Source: Monocercomonoides exilis PA203 (Eukaryota > Protista > Preaxostyla). From it: a DNA stretch of 64,000 nt. Positions 60,925 through 64,000 of this stretch are shown here, in pieces. Made by a program: the position numbers and the translations under genes. Below the pieces are notes generated by a model. It saw only the letters and a list, made by a program, of their open reading frames with translations. It had not been told where the DNA came from and did no database searches. Each line of letters starts with the position of its first letter. Positions within the stretch are counted from its first letter, which is position 1. Location: the NCBI GenBank assembly GCA_001643675.2, contig LSRY02000021.1, positions 496,001-560,000 on the forward strand, in the 5' to 3' direction.

Positions 60925-61657
60925 TTAACTTGGTTGTGGAAATACGACTGCTTTTATTTTATTTTTTACAATAAATTGAGGATGATGAAAAACATTTTTG
61001 TTGAAAGCTTTATTTTTGAAACTTTTCTTTTTTGTACAATATCAATCATTTAAAATGTTTTTTTCAGAATAGTTTGTTGTTTGTTTGTTTGTTTTTTATT
61101 TTTATTTTTTTCCTTTTTTATGAAAAAGGAAAGGATTTCTAATTTTTACTTTTGTTAATGTTTGTCTTATGTTTAGCATTTCATTTACATCATTTTATCA
61201 AAGCTATCAAACGTTTATAAAAAAAGTGAATATTAATGTTCATTTTTGAATTAATTCTTCGTTTGAATTGATATCTTCATATTAACCTCAATGGGAAAAC
61301 AAAGATAAACTATTTTAATGTGAACTTTATTTGTGAATATTTATATGTTTTGCTGAAATTTTTTTGTGAAAAATTCCCTTGAGGAAAGCTGGAAAATAGT
61401 ACTTAACTTATTCATTAAAAATTGCTTTATTTCATGATCAACGGAATTATCAACGTCCCGAATATATTTGGGTAGTTATTTTAGAAGCCCTAACATTTCT
61501 GTCAAATTTTTCGGTTTGAATATTTGTTGTGAATATCCATGAATGAATCCTGAAAAGTGATAGATCTATTTTTTGATGCCTCAACTTTTTTTTCATGACA
61601 AACTTTTGTTTTTGAAACGAAAGATAAATACCAATAGTTTTGAATGAAAATAGAATA

Positions 61658-61800
61658 CACCAAAAATTATTCAACATCGAAAAACTTTAATTCAACATCG
61701 AAAAACTTTAAAACGACATCGAAAAAGTTTAATTCGAAATCGAAAAAGTTTAATTCAACATCGAAAATATTTAATTCAAAATCGAAAATGTTTGAATAAT
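61658..61800 (+). mobile_element. Solo terminal end of the same CAC/TA transposon family (about 6 units of the 21-bp repeat)
   Basis: TA|CACCAAAAATTATTCAACATCGAAAAA followed by tandem TCGAAAAAnTTTAATTC units. No matching GGTG|TA end was seen up to base 64000. Confidence 0.85.
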
Positions 61801-62454
61801 TTGATAATTCAACATTTTCTGAAGTTAATTGTAAGTTTGAAAGTGAAAATGTTTTGTAGAAAGAACAATTAAATAGCAAATTAATAAAAATTAGTTAATT
61901 TATTATTATAATATTGAATGATAAAAAATAAATGCAAAAATTATATAATTAAAATCTACAACCACATTGGTTCACGTTCCAAATTTTTATGTTCCGTGAT
62001 AATGTTAATTTAGTCGCTAAATGAAAGACAATAACTTCAAAAAATTTTTTTGGAAAAAAAATTAATAGAGAGAACATGATATTGATATGGAATTGATGAT
62101 CTGAATTTGGTTTTTAAAAAGTGCTTTCATTAAATGAAAAAGGTTTTCTTGATGACTTTTGGTTTTTCATAATAATTAACATATTTTTTTTTTTATTTTC
62201 TCCTTCTGAAGAATAGAATAAATATATTTTAATCAGAAAAACGTGATATCAGATCTTCTTTTATTTGGGCAATCATCCTTTGAAACAACTGCTTTACGTC
62301 GCAATCAGATAAAGTATTCAAATGTTGATGCAAATTTTTTATTATTCAAATTTCAATTTTTTGTTATGGATAGTAAAAAATGAATTGATCATTCAAAAAA
62401 TATCATTTATTGAAATCGACATAAAGGCAATATTATCAAAAATAGAACGAGGAG

Positions 62455-63912
62455 ATGCAGAAAGGAAAGATCATCATTGTAGATGAAAATCACGATTACA
62501 GCAATTACTTTTACAATTCAATGAAGAAAGTTATAAAACCAGCCGTCAATTGCATCTACTGCGTACAAACAAGTCTTGTAATCATCAACAGCTCGTTGCG
62601 CGTGAGCCATATTTCCATGGCGCCTCTCACCGGTTGTCCACTCCTCACGACTCAACACCACTCAGCTGCTTCCATCTTCTCCTCCATTTGCCAAGTCAAC
62701 CCAGCAACCAAATCTCCCCTCTTCATCTCTGCCCATGCCTTCCTCGCACTCACAAACTTCTCCTTCACCACTCACCAACCAGCCATCTTCTCCTTCCCTC
62801 TCTTCTCCACCCCAAACAATCTCCTCCCAGATCCCCACTCCCCAATCCCTGCCTCCTTCTCCATCTCCCACTCCTCTTTCTCTTCGTTCGTCTCCCTCGT
62901 CCAGCCTTTCCTTTTTTCTCCTTCTTCCCTCTCTTCCCCATCCCCTTCTCCATCTCCATCCCTTTCCCCTTCTCCTTCATCTTTCTCATCCTCATCCTCT
63001 TCCTCTTCTTTTTCTTCCCCTTCACCTTCCCTTTCCCCTTCCATTTCCTCTTCCCCTTCCCTTCTCCATAACCATCACCAATCCCATCCCCACCTCCAAA
63101 TCCACCTCTATCTCCATCTCTCAAACACCCTCTTCTCCAACATCTCATCTCCCCAATCCCCTCTATCACTTCCATCTCTTCCCTCCCACTCACTCAACCC
63201 ATTCACCTCAACCACTTCTTCCTCTTCTTCCACTTCCTCTTCCACCAACACCAACACCAATACAATCCCCTCCTTCTCCCTTCGCTCATCTCTTTCCATT
63301 CATTCATCCCTCTTCCTCCACACCCACAACCCCATCGATGGTGCTGTCCTCCCCAACCTCAACAGCCCATCCACTTCTCTCTCCGCATTCAATGCCTCTT
63401 TTCTTCACCAAACACGATCTTCACCAAATGCTGCTGTTGTACATGTTGGAACTGAATCTCAAAGAGCGAAACCTGGAAGACTGGATTCTTTTGATCTGAA
63501 CAGCCACAAATTTGAATGGTGCGAATGGAAAGATACAACTGGTGGAGCTGTCCATGGAGGAGCGCTTTATGTTTATTGTGCAAATGCAAACCTCACAATC
63601 ACTTCTTGTTCGTTCAACAATTGTTCGTGCACTAATGGATACAGTGGTGGGGCATTGTTCGCTCAAAATTTATTAAATGTCAATTTCGCAAAATCCAATT
63701 TCACGAGTTGTTCAGCTGCTCATGGAGGTGCTGTCAACACATGGTATCCACAATCTTATTCTGTTTGGATATTTTCAGAAAAAATAGTGGAGAGTTGTTC
63801 AATAACATATTGGTGTGGAACTGGCTGTTATCTTTGCCTCGTCAACTCGCATTCGTATGTTCAATTTCTATTTTCCGGTACAAATAAAAAAGAATTAATA
63901 TATTTTCTTTGA
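62455..63912 (+). CDS. Beta-helix/polymorphic-repeat-like protein of an expanded lineage-specific family, with a Ser/Pro-rich pyrimidine-biased N-terminal half; probably continues by splicing beyond the ORF end
   Basis: 485-aa ORF with GGA(L/V) + C.F..C repeats (HGGALYVYCANANLTITSCSFNNCSC, SGGALFAQ, SNFTSCSAAHGGAV). The real start may be ATG 62617. A possible donor lies near 63877 and an acceptor near 63981. Confidence 0.6.
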   Translation: MQKGKIIIVDENHDYSNYFYNSMKKVIKPAVNCIYCVQTSLVIINSSLRVSHISMAPLTGCPLLTTQHHSAASIFSSICQVNPATKSPLFISAHAFLALTNFSFTTHQPAIFSFPLFSTPNNLLPDPHSPIPASFSISHSSFSSFVSLVQPFLFSPSSLSSPSPSPSPSLSPSPSSFSSSSSSSSFSSPSPSLSPSISSSPSLLHNHHQSHPHLQIHLYLHLSNTLFSNISSPQSPLSLPSLPSHSLNPFTSTTSSSSSTSSSTNTNTNTIPSFSLRSSLSIHSSLFLHTHNPIDGAVLPNLNSPSTSLSAFNASFLHQTRSSPNAAVVHVGTESQRAKPGRLDSFDLNSHKFEWCEWKDTTGGAVHGGALYVYCANANLTITSCSFNNCSCTNGYSGGALFAQNLLNVNFAKSNFTSCSAAHGGAVNTWYPQSYSVWIFSEKIVESCSITYWCGTGCYLCLVNSHSYVQFLFSGTNKKELIYFL

Positions 63913-64000
63913 ATACACTTTGTTATCTTTTTATTTAATCGTTTTCTATTTTTTTATTTGTTGATTTTTTCAATCAATTAGAAGGAGTGAAAGTTTTGCA

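Noticed and set aside
61450-61879. ORFs with repeating FFDVELK peptides (also 53445-53657)
   Set aside because: They are translations of the 21-bp (7-codon) transposon subrepeats or AT-rich flanks, not genes.
1-64000. Alternative genetic code or stop-codon readthrough
   Set aside because: All three stops terminate genes at the expected positions (TAA RAD51, TAG phosphatase, TGA helicase/centrin), and the breaks in conserved genes are explained by introns.

Overview
Eukaryotic, intron-containing, gene-dense genomic DNA with AT-rich intergenic regions and introns, and coding regions full of Ser-rich and Glu/Lys-rich microsatellite-like expansions. The style strongly resembles an oxymonad/metamonad protist such as Monocercomonoides, but this is inferred from composition and gene style only. 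Fourteen protein genes are supported. In order: a giant (>7,500 aa, 5'-truncated) protein that I read as an EPG5 autophagy-tether homolog, a tail-anchored orphan, a DDX11/Chl1 Fe-S helicase, a centrin-like EF-hand protein, an OSBP-related protein, a TPR-less PP5-like phosphatase, a CSPP1/CCDC66-like coiled-coil protein, UBL5/Hub1 with an N-terminal extension, a USP20/33-like deubiquitinase, a secreted beta-helix protein, a CTL/SLC44 transporter, a class B DnaJ, RAD51 and a second beta-helix-family gene. The main non-coding features are (i) two abutting long fold-back palindromes at 37.4-38.9 kb and (ii) a TA-flanked, CAC-terminated non-autonomous transposon with 21-bp subterminal repeats, plus a second solo end at 61.7 kb that may enclose a cargo gene. 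No rRNA, tRNA or CRISPR array was seen. Family assignments come from remembered motifs, not database searches.
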